NCBI RefSeq assembly: GCF_006345805.1
Contig: NC_043023.1
Coordinates: 6,944,001 to 7,008,000 of the forward strand
Direction of reading: 5' to 3'
Source of the DNA: Octopus sinensis
Taxonomy: Eukaryota
Length of the DNA stretch: 64,000 nucleotides
Shown: piece by piece, positions 62,895-64,000 of the stretch
How the letters are laid out: every line of letters begins with the position of its first letter
How positions within the stretch are numbered: position 1 is the first letter of the stretch
Program-made: the position numbers and the translations under genes
The notes under the pieces: generated by a model
Database searches by the model: none
The model's input: only the letters and a program-made list of their open reading frames with translations
What the model was told of the DNA's origin: nothing

Positions 62895-63626
62895 CATCAT
62901 CATCATTTAAAGCCCGCTTTCCATGCTGGCATGGGTTGGACGGTTTGGCTGCAAACTGGTAAACCAGTGGGGCTGCACCAGGTTCCGATCTGATTTGGCA
63001 AGGTTTCTATGGTTGGATACCCTTCCTAATGTCAACCACTCCTAGAGTGTAGAGGGTGCTTTTTATGTACGACTGGCACATATGCCATTGACCTGACACC
63101 AGTATCGGCCACGATTGTGGTCTTTGTTGGTTTGACAGATCAACACTAGCACAGTATATTGCCAAATGTCTTGGTCACCTGTCACTGCCTCCATGAGGCC
63201 CAATGCCTAAATGGTGCTTTTTACATGCCACCGACAGGGATTATTCCGAAACAATATGAATAAATAAGCATTAGTTCAACATCAATGGAAATTGTAGCTG
63301 TGATACCAGTACCGGTGGCACATAAGAGAACCATCCGAGCATGGCCGTTGCCAGCGCCGCCCCGACTGGCCTCCGTGCTGGTGGCACGTAAAAAGCACCA
63401 TCCAATTGTGGCCGCTTGCCAGCCTCCCTTGGCACCTGTGCAGGTGGCACGTAAAAAGCACCCACTACACTCCTGGAGTGGTTGGTGTTAGGAAGGGCAT
63501 CCAACTGTAGAAACACTGTCAGATCAGACTGGAGCCTGGTGCAGCCTCTTGGCTTCCCAGACCCTGGTCGAACCGTCCAACCCATGCTGGCATGGAAAAC
63601 GGACGTTAAACGATGATGATGATGAA
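62895..63626. mobile_element. Two RTE 3'-UTR copies in opposite orientation
   Basis: Minus copy begins catcatcatcatttaaagcccgc (~62895). Plus copy ends ggacgttaaacgatgatgatg (~63626). Confidence 0.7.
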
Positions 63627-63798
63627 GCACTACATTTGACAAAATAATCTGAATGCTAAAAGGTTAATGGTGAGGATGGTGGTGTGTATAATGAAAGTGT
63701 CGATGATGATGATGACAGTGATGATAATGATGCTGTTTGCTGATGCTGAGGTCACTATTAATACTACTACTGCTACAATTGTTCTCGCCTATTTTCAG

Positions 63799-63908
63799 CC
63801 GACCAATGATGGCTTCTACAGTTGCCTGGATATCTGGACCGTGTTCCTGGATTATCTCCACTCCAAAAGTGAGATGAGGACTGCGGACCATGAGGAAGTC
63901 ACCAACAG
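63799..63908 (+). CDS. XPO6: XPO6 exon 9 (110 nt); gene continues beyond the window
   Basis: attttcag|...AG|gtaaga. PTNDGFYSCLDIWTVFLDYLHSK. Confidence 0.95.
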
Positions 63909-64000
63909 GTAAGAGTTAATCCTTCAGTAACTCACTCCTTCTGCCCTTCACTTCTTCAGCTTTTAGGGATTTTTGCCCCCTCTGAATGTCATCCAATATA

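Overview
Eukaryotic, repeat-rich genomic DNA. The SINE, MITE and (GAT)n-tailed RTE repertoire looks like an Octopus (coleoid cephalopod) genome; this is an inference from repeat families, not a database result. Two intron-containing genes lie on the + strand. The first is the 3' part of ZFAND4/ANUBL1: four coding exons at 1855-24194, with the C-terminal AN1 zinc finger split across the last intron. The second is the 5' part of XPO6 (exportin-6): nine coding exons from an ATG-only first exon at 32827-32829 to 63908, continuing beyond the window. Most ORFs in the track are artefacts of microsatellites, satellites or antisense shadows. The most unusual structure is a ~9.8-kb, 21-bp satellite in the last ZFAND4 intron. 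It has higher-order repeats, its unexpanded progenitor sits next to it, and on the sense strand every monomer resembles a 3' splice site in frame with the upstream exon. Other oddities are a zero-spacer ~270-bp palindrome next to a 563-bp duplication, a mariner fold-back element, a Gypsy remnant lacking the integrase core, a MITE with a tandemly amplified arm, an RTE LINE carrying a PHD finger, an inverted MITE pair bracketing XPO6 exons 4-6, and a ~100-aa low-complexity insertion in XPO6. Repeat boundaries are approximate, read by eye.
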